Shown here: positions 9,663 through 20,216 of the stretch, one piece after another
Layout: the number at the start of each line of letters is the position of its first letter
Position numbering within the stretch: position 1 is the stretch's first letter
Assembly: GCA_965237525.1 (NCBI GenBank)
Contig: CBDEFO010000006.1
Coordinates: forward strand, 288,001-352,000
DNA from: Candidatus Latescibacterota bacterium
GTDB lineage: Bacteria > Latescibacterota > CBDEFO01
Reading direction: 5' to 3'
Length of the DNA: 64,000 nt
The notes under the pieces: generated by a model
Seen by the model: only the letters and a program-made list of their open reading frames with translations
Database searches by the model: none
Told to the model about the DNA's origin: nothing
Translations under genes and position numbers: made by a program

Positions 9663-11411
9663 ATGGCAATTTTTACTACACGTCCGGTAATCATGGGAAC
9701 CAACGGGGTGGTAACCGCCGGCCACTACCTGGCGGCCGCGGCGGGATTCAGGATATTAGAACGGGGTGGTAACGCAATAGACGCTGGAGTGGCCGCAGGG
9801 TTTGTCGAAAGTGTCGTTGAACCCAGATCAAACGGTATAGGCGGGGAGGTCCCTATCCTTTTATATTCGGCTGCGGAAGGAAGACCATTTGCTATCAACG
9901 GACAGGGATGTGCCCCGAAAGCCGCAACCATAGAGTGGTTTAAGGCCAACAAGATAGATATAATACCCCCAGACGGTTTTTTGCCCGCCACAGTGCCCGC
10001 TGCCTTCGGGTCGTGGGCGACAGCTTTGATGCGATTCGGGACAATGAGGCTCAAAGACGTTCTGGAGCCGGCGATAGAGATGAGCGAGGAGGGCTTCGCC
10101 ATGTTTCCCAAGTTTAGGGAGGAAATGGAGTGGATGGCGCCGAGGTTCATCGAGGAATGGCCCACAACTGAAAAGATATATCTTCCGAACGGAAGGATAC
10201 CTGAGGTGGGCGAGAAGATCAAGAATACCGACTGGGCAAATACGTTCAAGAAGGTGGTGGATGCAGAGACAAAAGCGTCGGCTGCAGGTCGCGCCAAGGC
10301 CATACGGGAGGCTATAGATTTCTACTATAAGGGAGAGATAGCCGAAAAAATAGTGGAGTTTTCAGGTAAGACCCCAGTTAAAGACGTCAGCGGAGAACCG
10401 CATACAGGTCTTTTGACGATGGATGACTTTTGCAGCTATCGCACAAAGGTCGAAGAACCCGTCTCCACCAATTACCGCAGCTATCAGGTCTATAAGTGCA
10501 ACACATGGAGTCAAGGGCCTGTCTTCCTTCAGCAGTTGAATCTTCTGGAAGGATACGACTTGGCGCATACGGGACACAGCTCTCCCCAGCATATACACAC
10601 CGTTATCGAAGCCTCCAAACTCGCCTTTGCAGATAGGGAGAAATACTACGGCGACCCGGACTTCGTATCTGTGCCCCTGGACATGCTCCTGTCCAAAGAC
10701 TATGCTGAAGAACGCAGAAACTTAATCGACCCCAGGAAGGCCTCCGTCGAACTTCGCCCTGGCGATGCTCCACCGACTGTTCCGATTGCCTCCGTTGAGT
10801 CCGATCTAAGCACGTCTGTTCATATAAACGATACGACGCATCTGGATGTGATCGACAAAGAGGGAAATATGATGGCCGCTACTCCGAGCGGCGGCTGGAT
10901 ACCCTCGTCGCCTGTGGTGCAGGGCTTAGGATTTCCCCTCGGAACGAGAGCACAGATGTTCTACCTGGATTCAAAACATGCCAACGCGCTTGTCCCGCGC
11001 AAAAGACCGCGCACTACCCTGACGCCATCTTTAGTCTTAAAGGACAAGAAACCCTTCATGGTCTTCGGAACGCCGGGAGGGGATAAACAGGATCAGTGGA
11101 CACTCCAGTTTTTCCTCAATTTCGTAGATTTCGGTATGAACCTTCAGGAGGCGATAGACGCCCCTAACTTTCACAGCGATCACTTCCCCAGCTCCTTCTA
11201 TCCTCACGATGCTCATCCGGGGCACATGACAGTTGAGGGACGGATAGGAGAGGATATCTGCTCCGCGCTTTCAGATATGGGGCATATTGTGAAGGTATCA
11301 GACCATTGGGAAAACGGCCTCGTGATGGCAGTTAAGCTGGATAACGACAGCGGGGTCATATCAGGAGCAGCGTCGCCGCGCCATCAAATGGCATACGCAA
11401 TGGGAAGATAA
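9663..11411 (+). CDS. Gamma-glutamyltransferase family protein
   Basis: GGNAIDAGVA, DTTHLDVIDKEGN (catalytic Thr), KRPRTTLTP, GTPGGDKQ. Confidence 0.93.
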   Translation: MAIFTTRPVIMGTNGVVTAGHYLAAAAGFRILERGGNAIDAGVAAGFVESVVEPRSNGIGGEVPILLYSAAEGRPFAINGQGCAPKAATIEWFKANKIDIIPPDGFLPATVPAAFGSWATALMRFGTMRLKDVLEPAIEMSEEGFAMFPKFREEMEWMAPRFIEEWPTTEKIYLPNGRIPEVGEKIKNTDWANTFKKVVDAETKASAAGRAKAIREAIDFYYKGEIAEKIVEFSGKTPVKDVSGEPHTGLLTMDDFCSYRTKVEEPVSTNYRSYQVYKCNTWSQGPVFLQQLNLLEGYDLAHTGHSSPQHIHTVIEASKLAFADREKYYGDPDFVSVPLDMLLSKDYAEERRNLIDPRKASVELRPGDAPPTVPIASVESDLSTSVHINDTTHLDVIDKEGNMMAATPSGGWIPSSPVVQGLGFPLGTRAQMFYLDSKHANALVPRKRPRTTLTPSLVLKDKKPFMVFGTPGGDKQDQWTLQFFLNFVDFGMNLQEAIDAPNFHSDHFPSSFYPHDAHPGHMTVEGRIGEDICSALSDMGHIVKVSDHWENGLVMAVKLDNDSGVISGAASPRHQMAYAMGR

Positions 11412-11467
11412 GTAGAATGTGACAGTAGACAGTAGTATGCAGACAGGGCACCTCTCCCCTCCATTAC

Positions 11468-11532
11468 GATTGCTTCGCTGTCCCCGACCCCCAATTGAAT
11501 CTATTGGGGGTTCAATCGGGGATCACTATGAC
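11468..11532. repeat. Nested copy of the 21-bp palindrome inside a REP-like frame
   Basis: GATTGCTTCGCTG-TCCCCGA-[CCCCCAATTGAATCTATTGGGGG]-TTCAATCGGGGA-TCACTATGAC. Confidence 0.85.
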
Positions 11533-11651
11533 AGTCTATTTGCTGCTCTTCTGTTCAGTCACTGCGAGGGACAAAATCCGAAAACAATCTCACAGACAGT
11601 AGACAAAACACGTTCACCTATTGCTGTTTACGTTTCAGAAAGGATAGACCC

Positions 11652-12287
11652 ATGGATAGAGGAGATCGCATAGATTCCAAAGAGGACGAGACGTTCGGCA
11701 ACGCCACGATAAGCCTCTACGTAAGCCCAGACAGCATCTTTACCGTACACACCTACAGAAAGGAATCGGCCGAAAGGATCCAAAAGATCACAGAGGAAAT
11801 GATCAAAGCAGGTGACATGTCAAGAGATGAAAACGATAAGGTATCATTTTCCTGCGGTCACAGGCACCAGAAGGCAGCAAAGATGATCTTTACACAGGTC
11901 ATCCGACACAGAGAGTCATCTGTCCAGACAGAAGGCGAGATGATGATGATGGAAGACCGCAAGTCCGGGGAGATTATCACTATCCGTGCCGATGAGGGAG
12001 CAGACGGATGGGTCTTCACGGTAAGAGCCCACGACAAGTCCGAGAAGATGTCAAAAAGGATAAATGGAATCGTGCGCAACTTCGTCTTTCTTCTGCAGAT
12101 GGAGCAGATAGAAGGTACCACTGATCAGGTCGCCTTCCCCTGCAGCCAGAACCACTTTGAGTTAGTCAAGCTCTCCTTCCCCAAAGCACTTACCCGCTCG
12201 CCAGTGAAATTGAAGACAGAAGAGGCGGAAAGAGAGGAGCAGGAAATGGCAAGGGGAATACTGACAGTGGGTACGTCCACGCAGTGA
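11652..12287 (+). CDS. Hypothetical protein with two FxCxxxH half-repeats
   Basis: 211-aa ORF with AGGA RBS; VSFSCGHRH and VAFPCSQNH. Confidence 0.7.
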   Translation: MDRGDRIDSKEDETFGNATISLYVSPDSIFTVHTYRKESAERIQKITEEMIKAGDMSRDENDKVSFSCGHRHQKAAKMIFTQVIRHRESSVQTEGEMMMMEDRKSGEIITIRADEGADGWVFTVRAHDKSEKMSKRINGIVRNFVFLLQMEQIEGTTDQVAFPCSQNHFELVKLSFPKALTRSPVKLKTEEAEREEQEMARGILTVGTSTQ

Positions 12288-12831
12288 AAATCGCCTGATC
12301 TCCCCTTGCCTTTACGAACGATCCAATCGAGTACGCCTGCTCAAGAATAGCCACCGTAGCTTAAGTATCTGTTGAAGAAGTTGAAAATTCCATTTAGCGA
12401 GTAATAGTTGTGCTTGAGCGAAGTTCTGGCTGGACTGAAGGGTCCAGCCCAAAGACTGCTCGATTCTGCCAAATTAAAGAACGTTCAAATGGTTCAAGAC
12501 AACGAACAGGTCGTGCAGGACTCTCCCATTCCAGGCGGATGGCCCGGATGTTTGTAAAGACCGGCTTCAAGGGAGCAGCTATCCACGAATCTGGAAGCTG
12601 CGCAGATCCAGCATTTTCGGTGAATCGATTCTGGAACTATATGAGATGGATCTCAGATGAGTACATCGCAGATATGCCATAACCAGATTGCTGCCAACTC
12701 AGCCAAGCAACCCCGCCGCTTCTCAATGACAATCTGGTGTGTCTTTGAGTTGCTCATCTTCGGCCCTCAGTCATTGCCAGAAGTGAAACCCGCAGTAACC
12801 ACAAGCTACTTGAGTTTACGGGCGTGGGAGG

Positions 12832-13803
12832 ATGTCCCCTGTACACTGCCCCCTTGAAATGGGAATGACTATGGGCAATTACCTAATTCCCCAGGTAAGG
12901 CTAAACATATACCCGCCAAAGCGACCCTTTCTGGCGCCTCTTGTCCACAGGACAAAGTTGACGCATCTTTCCAGCCCTAATTTTTCCTGGCATCTGACGT
13001 TTGATATAAGCCAAAGCCGGCTGGCCGGCGCAGTCAGAACAGGAACAAGCATGGGTGTCAAAGCTCCAGGCGTGGATGAAAGAGGAAGGGAACACAAACC
13101 CCGCGCCTATTCTGTGGCATCACCGGTCTGGGGCGATGACGGCAAGGGACATACCTTTTCACTGACCGTGAAGCGTGAACTTGCTGAGGATCCTAAAACG
13201 GGCAAATTGGTCAAGGGAGTTTGCTCAAGCTACCTTTGCGATATGCAGATAGAGGAAAAAGCACAGGTGATGGGGCCGTGGTACGACAACTTTCTTCTGT
13301 CCAATGATCTTTTGGATCACGATTACGTCTTTATAGCCACCGGCACCGGGATTGCGCCTTTTCGAGGAATGTTAGAAGAACTCTTTACACTCGGGTTTAC
13401 GCGTCAGGTCTGGCTGATCTTTGGCGTGCCTTACAGCACAGACGTTCTATATGACAATATGTTTCGACAGTATGCCGAAGCGCACTCAAATTTTCATTAT
13501 GTCACTGCTATCAGCCGGGAAAATCCTTCCAAGGGCAAGGTCTACGTTCAACACAGATTACGGGAACACGTTCACGAGCTTGAGCATCTGCTCAAAAAAG
13601 AGTCAACGTGCCTTTACATTTGCGGGTTAGCGGGGATGGAAGCGGGGATCTACGCGGAGCTTCTGAGAATGAGGACGAATCTGATCTCTCTGCCTGATGG
13701 ATATAGTCTAGACGACATCGCAAGCATGTCCAAGAAGGATTCTGCAATCAAACAGATATTCAGAGATCGCAACAAAGACCGTCTCTTTGTCGAGACGTAT
13801 TGA
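12832..13803 (+). CDS. Ferredoxin-NADP+ reductase-like oxidoreductase (start probably 12859 or 12871)
   Basis: RAYSVAS FAD motif, GVCSSYLC, ATGTGIAPFRG, YICGLAGME, C-terminal VETY. Confidence 0.88.
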   Translation: MSPVHCPLEMGMTMGNYLIPQVRLNIYPPKRPFLAPLVHRTKLTHLSSPNFSWHLTFDISQSRLAGAVRTGTSMGVKAPGVDERGREHKPRAYSVASPVWGDDGKGHTFSLTVKRELAEDPKTGKLVKGVCSSYLCDMQIEEKAQVMGPWYDNFLLSNDLLDHDYVFIATGTGIAPFRGMLEELFTLGFTRQVWLIFGVPYSTDVLYDNMFRQYAEAHSNFHYVTAISRENPSKGKVYVQHRLREHVHELEHLLKKESTCLYICGLAGMEAGIYAELLRMRTNLISLPDGYSLDDIASMSKKDSAIKQIFRDRNKDRLFVETY

Positions 13804-13852
13804 TAGACGCTTGCTATAGTACGCACCAGGGCCCTCCATAGCTTAGGGTTCT

Positions 13853-16279
13853 TCAGGAGGAAACTGGCATTGTGTTTCTCATCTTCTCAGCTGCTGGGAA
13901 AGCTTCATCATTTCTACTTCCGGGCCAGAAGAAGTATCTGTAGCTGTTCCCTCCGGTTCTACCATAGGGACTTTGCTGAACCGGGTGTTCCATGGAAGCA
14001 ATGCGCTCGGAGCTCCCAAAAATGTTACGTGCCCGCTCTGCTGAAGTGGCGGCAAGTCTCGAAGTGGGCGAAGAGCTTTCTGGGAAAGAAGTGATACGAT
14101 CGCCGTAAACCGGGAGCCTTATAATAAAGGTAGCCCCCTTATTGGGGATGCTATGGACTTTAATCTCCCCTTTATGTCTTTCGACGATCCCATAGACTAA
14201 ACTCAAGCCCAGGTCGCTCCCGTTAGCTCCTTTAGTCGTAAAGAAGGGATCGAATACCTTATTCTGTATTTCATTCGGAATCCCGACTCCTGTGTCCGAT
14301 GCGGTAATCAAAATCGAATCCCCAGAAGACTCAGTCTTAATATATATGTCGCCGCCATCGGGCATTGCATCTATGGAGTTGAAGATAAGATTGGTAAAGA
14401 TCTCCCGAATCTCTACGGGATTCCCAAATATAGGGGGAACATCAGCGAGCCCTCTGTGCAACTGTATCTGGATTCCTCTTATTTGCGCCTCTCTTTCCCA
14501 GTTGGGCCTTGTTATATCAATTACCTCTTCTATAATTTCGTTTATATCGACTTTTACAAAGTTTACTTCCTGGCGTGGGCGTGTAGAATCTTGTATTTTG
14601 GCTATAATTTCAGCCCCGTCCATGGTGGCTTTTTCTATGGCCTTAAGGCGCATTTTCGACTCGGGCTGCTCCAGGCTCCTGTGGAGTATCTGCGACTGGC
14701 CGAGTATGATGCCCAAGATATTGTTGAATTCGTGAGCCATTCCCGCTGCCACTTCGCCGAGGGCGTTTAGCCTTTCCATCTGGATTATCTGCTTTTGCGC
14801 CCCCGGCAATTTGCGATAGGAACTCTCTAAATCCGCCTGAGCCAGGGCCAGTTTTTCGATATGTTCTTCACTGCGCCTGTGCTCCAAACACCTGTGAACT
14901 GTAAGGGACACAAGATCGGAAATTGCAGAAAGGGATACTACAGCCTCGCGTTCTCGAAACTCGACGTTATCCCGTCGCCACGCTCTCAGATAGCCCGCAG
15001 TCCTGTTTTCAACATAGATATCTATCCTTACACCCTCTTTATCAAGCTCTAACCCTTCAACAATGGAACTCTCGGAAGACCCTCCGTTTGTTCTCGAAGC
15101 TGCAACTTGTCCCAGCTCTGAGACCGATTTTGCTGCTCGATACGTCTCCCCATTACCCATGTCTATTACACATTCTGCCTTGTAGAACCCTATGCCCGAT
15201 GTTGCACATCTGATAGCCGCTTTGACCACCTCATCTATCTCTACACAAGTCTGTAGATTAAGACCGAGTTTATGAAGAGCTGTCCTTTCGGCTAATCTGA
15301 TTTGCAGCTTCCTGTTTGTGTGATCTAAATCCAGGTTTATCTGACTCAGTTCCTGATTGGCTCTCTGCATAAGAGTCAGATGATCTTTGCCCGAGCCTAT
15401 GTCTCGGTCCAGTGTCTGAGCTATTTCCTGTACCTTTTCCTCGGCCTTTGAAGCTATCTCCCTTAAGTCGTCCTCCGGGATTTTGAATCTATCTCTTAGT
15501 TTCTCTATTTGATCGAAAGTGCCGTTTAAACCGATCATCTTGCCGGAACAGACGTTGGATACGTTATTAGCCAAAGAGACCAAAGAGGTCATAAGCTGCT
15601 CCCGTCTGTTCCCCTGTGCATCTATGCCCGGCGGGTTATGATGCATCCAGGCGGCTTCTATCAGATGGTCGGGAAACTTCCACTTCTCCATAATCCACTT
15701 GCCCACAAGTCCGTGGTCAACGCCGATTATGCGCCTTTCCGCCTCATGTAAGTCTATTCTGTCCTTCATCGAAAGCTCTAACGCGGACCCAAATTTGTCA
15801 GGTACATGTAAATCTAATATGAGCTTCCCTATATCGTGAAGCAGACCGGCTACGAACACCTGATCGGAGAAGCTGAAACTGAGTCTTTGCGATATATCCT
15901 GGGATAAAACAGCGCAGGAGAAGGAGTGGCGCCAGAACTCCTTCATATCTAAATTGGAGTTCTCAAGCGATTCCAAATTGTCCATCAAAGAGATGCTCAA
16001 TACTATGTTCTTGAGCTTATTAAATCCCAAAATGACTATGGCGTTCTTGACCGTGGATACTGCTTGTGGTCTTCCGTAGAAGGAGGAGTTGGCAACTCTG
16101 AGGACTTTGGTAGTTAAAGATTGGTCCGTTTCCACAAGCTCAGAGACATCCTGAACACTGGAGTTCTCATCCAGAACCCTGTTCATTACCTCCACCAGCA
16201 TCGAGGGCAGTGTCGGAAGACCATCCAGATTTCCTATGGCCTGCTTGATCTTTAACTTATCAGTACTGTTCTCAGCCAT
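13853..16279 (-). CDS. HDOD-domain sensor histidine kinase
   Basis: LPTLP...ANSSFYG...FWRHS...GLLHDIGK (HDOD); AGMAHEFNN H-box; NLIFNSIDAM, DTGVGI, FDPFFTTK. Confidence 0.9.
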   Translation of the reverse strand: MAENSTDKLKIKQAIGNLDGLPTLPSMLVEVMNRVLDENSSVQDVSELVETDQSLTTKVLRVANSSFYGRPQAVSTVKNAIVILGFNKLKNIVLSISLMDNLESLENSNLDMKEFWRHSFSCAVLSQDISQRLSFSFSDQVFVAGLLHDIGKLILDLHVPDKFGSALELSMKDRIDLHEAERRIIGVDHGLVGKWIMEKWKFPDHLIEAAWMHHNPPGIDAQGNRREQLMTSLVSLANNVSNVCSGKMIGLNGTFDQIEKLRDRFKIPEDDLREIASKAEEKVQEIAQTLDRDIGSGKDHLTLMQRANQELSQINLDLDHTNRKLQIRLAERTALHKLGLNLQTCVEIDEVVKAAIRCATSGIGFYKAECVIDMGNGETYRAAKSVSELGQVAASRTNGGSSESSIVEGLELDKEGVRIDIYVENRTAGYLRAWRRDNVEFREREAVVSLSAISDLVSLTVHRCLEHRRSEEHIEKLALAQADLESSYRKLPGAQKQIIQMERLNALGEVAAGMAHEFNNILGIILGQSQILHRSLEQPESKMRLKAIEKATMDGAEIIAKIQDSTRPRQEVNFVKVDINEIIEEVIDITRPNWEREAQIRGIQIQLHRGLADVPPIFGNPVEIREIFTNLIFNSIDAMPDGGDIYIKTESSGDSILITASDTGVGIPNEIQNKVFDPFFTTKGANGSDLGLSLVYGIVERHKGEIKVHSIPNKGATFIIRLPVYGDRITSFPESSSPTSRLAATSAERARNIFGSSERIASMEHPVQQSPYGRTGGNSYRYFFWPGSRNDEAFPAAEKMRNTMPVSS

Positions 16280-16440
16280 CTTTCCTCTCCCTCCATCTAC
16301 TTCGACTCATGATGCGATATACTTGAGACTTACGATGATGCTGAACGGTACTTTGACACGCTGCTTTTAGCTGGAACTCCTATCACATTCTTGTTACGAA
16401 TTAGTATCTGACTGACACGCCCTTTGGACCTTTACGCTAA

Positions 16441-16469
16441 AAGATAATAAAAAATGAAACCACTGTCAA
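16441..16469 (-). promoter_or_regulatory. Sigma70-type promoter for the HDOD kinase
   Basis: TTGACA-N17-TATCTT. Confidence 0.65.
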
Positions 16470-16624
16470 CATAAATTTCAAAGAATATAATGTTTTACAG
16501 ACACTTTATCTGTGATCTCCATCACATTTTTTGAAAAAAGATTAAGTTTGAAAAAGATTAAGAAATTAGTTTGGGACAAGACACCTATAACCATGGACAC
16601 AGATGGGGCAGGTGCCCTTTCTAC

Positions 16625-16661
16625 TCCCGATAGGTTCAATCAGGGATAGATTCAATCGTGG
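16625..16661. repeat. Degenerate double copy of the 21-bp palindrome
   Basis: TCCCGATAGGTTCAATCAGGGA-TAGATTCAATCGTGG; supplies the stop codon of the permease fragment. Confidence 0.75.
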
Positions 16662-17089
16662 CTACTATCTACTTGCTTTGGTCTCAACCACATCAGTTTG
16701 ACTCCCACTGACATCAATAAAACTAACCCGAAAGTACACACCATCGCGGCACCTGTAGGAAGATCAAAACTGTAGGAAAAAACACAGCCCAACACACTGA
16801 CGACTGTGCCCATAATCCATCCTAAGGTCAGCCGTTTTCCTAAACTATCGCAGAACATAGCCCCGCATACAGCAGGAACGATGAGAAAGGAAAATACTAA
16901 AAGAACCCCAGCAATCTGAACAGAACTTGTGATCACAAGCCCGAAAGATGCATAAAACAGAAAATTCCACAGACTTATGTTCATGCCTTCCTTTAAAGCC
17001 TGCTCCGGTTGAAGAGATATTAGCAAAAACTTCTTTCTGAATATCCAATTAAAGACCCCTACTGCGCCGCAGATAAGAGCCGTCTTCAT
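16652..17089 (-). pseudogene. C-terminal fragment of a metal ABC transporter permease (ZnuB/MntB-like)
   Basis: VITSSVQIAGVLLVFSFLIVPA and DLPTGAAMV; only about half the usual length and no ABC partners nearby. Confidence 0.75.
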
Positions 17090-17276
17090 GCCCCGATTAA
17101 AATCCCGGTCAAGTATGGGTTTTCTTTGTAGTAAATATGTTAAATGACAATGCCAAGGTCAAGCTCTTTTTGAAACTTACATATAAACAGCGAGGGCCAG
17201 AGCAACAAGGTTCGGAAAGAATGTATAACAGGGCGGACAGAAGGAGGGCTAAATAATTACTTACATTTTGCGACGT

Positions 17277-18863
17277 TTACAGGGAGTTAACGCGGCTTTT
17301 CAAGGCTATGAGATTCTGAACGGCGTTTTCGTAGTTAGGATCTAATCTTAAGGCGGCTCTGTAGCTGGATAGAGCCGATTCGTACTGTCCCATCTGCGCA
17401 TAGCAGGAGCCGAGATTGGTAAGAACTTGGGGGTCAGCATTGCCACTCTCACAGTTGTTACGGTGGAGGAATCTTTCGTAAAGCCCTGCGGCTGTTTCGT
17501 AATCTGCAATGTTCACGCTTATGTCTCCGAGCTTCCTTATGGCTTTAAGTGAGATGTCTTCGACAAGTTTTGTCCTTTCGACAATGCTTTTGACCTTGTC
17601 CCTTCTATCTTGAGCGATGTATACCTGGGCCAGATTCAAAAGAGCTTCCGGCCAGTCAGGCTTGTACCTCAGGGCAGCATTGAACTCCTCCAAAGCCTTA
17701 TCGAGTTTGCCCTTGAGAAGATACACATACCCAAGTCCATTGTAAGCCTCAGAATATGTGGGGTCTATCTCTGAGGAAGCTTTGTATGCCCGTTCGGCTT
17801 CCTCCAAAAAGGTCAGCGATTTTGAGGAAGAGTGGTGCGACCATAGTGAAAGGTAGCAGTATCCGATCAAAGAGTAGGCGATTGCATGGTCTTCTATGGT
17901 GCTGACGATGAGAAAGTTGAGCTTTGGGCTATCAACCCATTCTTGCCTCTTTGCAAGATAGGTCTGTAGAACTTGGATGGACTTTTCGTGTTCCCTTTTT
18001 TGGAGATAGACCTGTCCCAATGTAAGAAGGATGTCTATATAGTTGTCCTTCTTATCAAGGGCAGAAAGACAAAACTTTTCCGCTTTCTCGTAGTTGGAAA
18101 GGTGAAGGTAAGAAAAGGCGACGTCGTAGAGTATCATAAGGTAGAAGTTAGGGTCTTTTTCGTAGGGAATCCTGTCAAGAACATCTTCCCCGTATCGGAG
18201 GACAAGCTCGAACTCTTTTCGGTTCCTGTATATCCTTATGAGATTGTGCCACGCAAAGATATTATCAGGATCGTCTTGAAGTTGCTTTTCAAGAAGCTTT
18301 CTGCTCCTTTCACTTTTTTGCATTGTCTTTTTATGCCCCAGGTTATACCCTTTATGATATATCCTTATTTCACTGTGTAGGCCTTTGCCCTCATAGATGA
18401 GTTGGTTGTGTACTATGCCTTCGTAGTGGGCCTTGCCCCTTCTGTACAATCTGGGATAGTAGAATTTGGATCTGCCTTGGGGGAGGTCGTTGTATATGGC
18501 CAGAAAAACAGCGTTGTAGAGGTCGGATTCAACTGCGTTCTTCAGGATGGGAAGATCGTCTTTTTCAAACTCTTCGTCGGCGTCCAGTTGAAGTATCCAA
18601 TCTGAGGATGCACAGCCGATGGAATAATTTCTGGCTTCCGAAAAGTTGTCCTTCCAGGAATGATGGTAGACTTTAGCTCTATGGCTTTCGGCTATTTGGG
18701 CTGTGCGGTCGGTCGAGCCAGTATCCACTACTATCATCTCATCGACAACGCCCAGGACGCTCTCCAGACAGGCTCCGAGGTGTTCCTCCTCATCTTTGAC
18801 GATCATGCAAAGGGAAATTGTGGGTCTCATTTTTGGTAGCCAGCAAACATAGGTAGACAGCAT
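17277..18863 (-). CDS. GT2 glycosyltransferase with TPR domain (most divergent array member; start probably 18830)
   Basis: SLCMIVKDEE, VDTGSTD, LQLDADE (DXD), YEGIVHNQL, TPR repeats. Confidence 0.92.
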   Translation of the reverse strand: MLSTYVCWLPKMRPTISLCMIVKDEEEHLGACLESVLGVVDEMIVVDTGSTDRTAQIAESHRAKVYHHSWKDNFSEARNYSIGCASSDWILQLDADEEFEKDDLPILKNAVESDLYNAVFLAIYNDLPQGRSKFYYPRLYRRGKAHYEGIVHNQLIYEGKGLHSEIRIYHKGYNLGHKKTMQKSERSRKLLEKQLQDDPDNIFAWHNLIRIYRNRKEFELVLRYGEDVLDRIPYEKDPNFYLMILYDVAFSYLHLSNYEKAEKFCLSALDKKDNYIDILLTLGQVYLQKREHEKSIQVLQTYLAKRQEWVDSPKLNFLIVSTIEDHAIAYSLIGYCYLSLWSHHSSSKSLTFLEEAERAYKASSEIDPTYSEAYNGLGYVYLLKGKLDKALEEFNAALRYKPDWPEALLNLAQVYIAQDRRDKVKSIVERTKLVEDISLKAIRKLGDISVNIADYETAAGLYERFLHRNNCESGNADPQVLTNLGSCYAQMGQYESALSSYRAALRLDPNYENAVQNLIALKSRVNSL

Positions 18864-18897
18864 ACAGGGAGGGGAGAATACCCTGCTTACTACCTAC

Positions 18898-20201
18898 TGG
18901 TTATTTATCAAATGAAATCGGTGCACTTCTCTTTCGATCTTTGATTGATCTTGAATGATAGGTTTTCGACAATCTTTGGTTTCTGTTCTTTTTCAAAATG
19001 GATGTATAATTGTTCTTCTTTTAGGTTCCATTCAGCCAGGACAAAGTAGTTGGTGTAAGAGGAGGGAAGAGATACTTTCTCATTTAGGACATCGATAAAG
19101 GCTTTATCTGTCTGTTCTGTGTCCTGTTTGACTTGTCTGATAAAATAGGTCTTGGGAATGAAATCTTTCTCGTTTGACTTCTCTTGCTTAGGTGGACGGT
19201 AGCCGGTGTATCTCTGTGATGAAAGATTAAACCATTCTAACTTCTGATCAACTTCTTGTAAGCTTTTGAACTGAATTCTGTTCCAGAACTTCCTTGAAAA
19301 TACAGAATTGTTGCCTTCTATAGATGCTTGAGAAAAGGGCCTTCTGGGAACGGCAAATATCGGAATCACTTGATTTTTCAAGAGAAACTGCATTGCTTTG
19401 CTGACATTCCTTTTACCTGAAACACTGCCAATAGTCGCCGAGCAATTGTCCACCTTAACGAAATCTGGTTTTTCAAACCTGTCAAAGAAAGACTGACACT
19501 TCTCGATAAAGTTAGTTGCTGTTTGACCGTCAACCCGCCGAAAATACCTTAACTTAGGCTCTTTCTTAAAGGAAAATCCAACGAAGTTGACCGGCTCAGT
19601 TCTGCCGGTAAGATACTTTTTACCAATAAAGTCTGATTCTAGGACTCTGCCTCCTGAAAGATAGTAAATGGTATACTCTGGATAACAAAGATAACGAGAT
19701 GCACCCTTGTTTTTACCTTTCTTCCTTCTCTGGGAAAGTCCTAAATCTGAAAGCATTCTGCCGATAGTCGGCAACGACGGAGGAGGGGTGCTAGAATATC
19801 GATTCCTCCATTCTTGTTCAATAACAGTGGCTCCTGAATAGAACTGATAAGGATCGTCCTCTAAGCTATGGTAAATCTCTTTGATTCTCTGTTCGTCAAC
19901 TTTAGCCAATTTTCGCCTTTTTCCTTTTGGCCAACCCCGATTATCCATGGCAAAATCCTGATCCAGAGATTTAGTCCAAGCCGTAACGAAATCATTGGAA
20001 ACTCTCGCTTGTTTGATAACTTCTCGCTTTGACATTTCTTTCTTAAAATACATCTCGTTGACTTCTTGTCTTAATACGGCCAATCTCTCTTTGTCCATAG
20101 GACTCCGTAGATTAAAGTTAAGACAATCAACTCAACTTAATCTACTAATACTCTAAACAAAGATCAAATTAGGTGCACCGATTTCATTTGATATTCAACC
20201 T
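18898..20201 (-). mobile_element. 1304-bp DDE insertion sequence, copy 1
   Basis: Terminal inverted repeats GGTT(ATT/GAA)TATCAAATGAAATCGGTGCAC; CTAC duplicated on both sides; the uninterrupted paralogous site is visible near 31931. Confidence 0.95.
18908..20098 (-). CDS. Transposase, integrase-core (rve-like) DDE; IS481-like or unclassified family
   Basis: Putative triad ESDFIG / KVDNC / SIEGNN; three near-identical copies; stop codon lies inside the TIR. Confidence 0.85.
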   Translation of the reverse strand: MDKERLAVLRQEVNEMYFKKEMSKREVIKQARVSNDFVTAWTKSLDQDFAMDNRGWPKGKRRKLAKVDEQRIKEIYHSLEDDPYQFYSGATVIEQEWRNRYSSTPPPSLPTIGRMLSDLGLSQRRKKGKNKGASRYLCYPEYTIYYLSGGRVLESDFIGKKYLTGRTEPVNFVGFSFKKEPKLRYFRRVDGQTATNFIEKCQSFFDRFEKPDFVKVDNCSATIGSVSGKRNVSKAMQFLLKNQVIPIFAVPRRPFSQASIEGNNSVFSRKFWNRIQFKSLQEVDQKLEWFNLSSQRYTGYRPPKQEKSNEKDFIPKTYFIRQVKQDTEQTDKAFIDVLNEKVSLPSSYTNYFVLAEWNLKEEQLYIHFEKEQKPKIVENLSFKINQRSKEKCTDFI

Positions 20202-20216
20202 CTACTGTTTACTTAT

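Noticed and set aside
12300..12830. Possible gene remnant before the FNR-like gene
   Set aside because: No frame gives a recognisable protein
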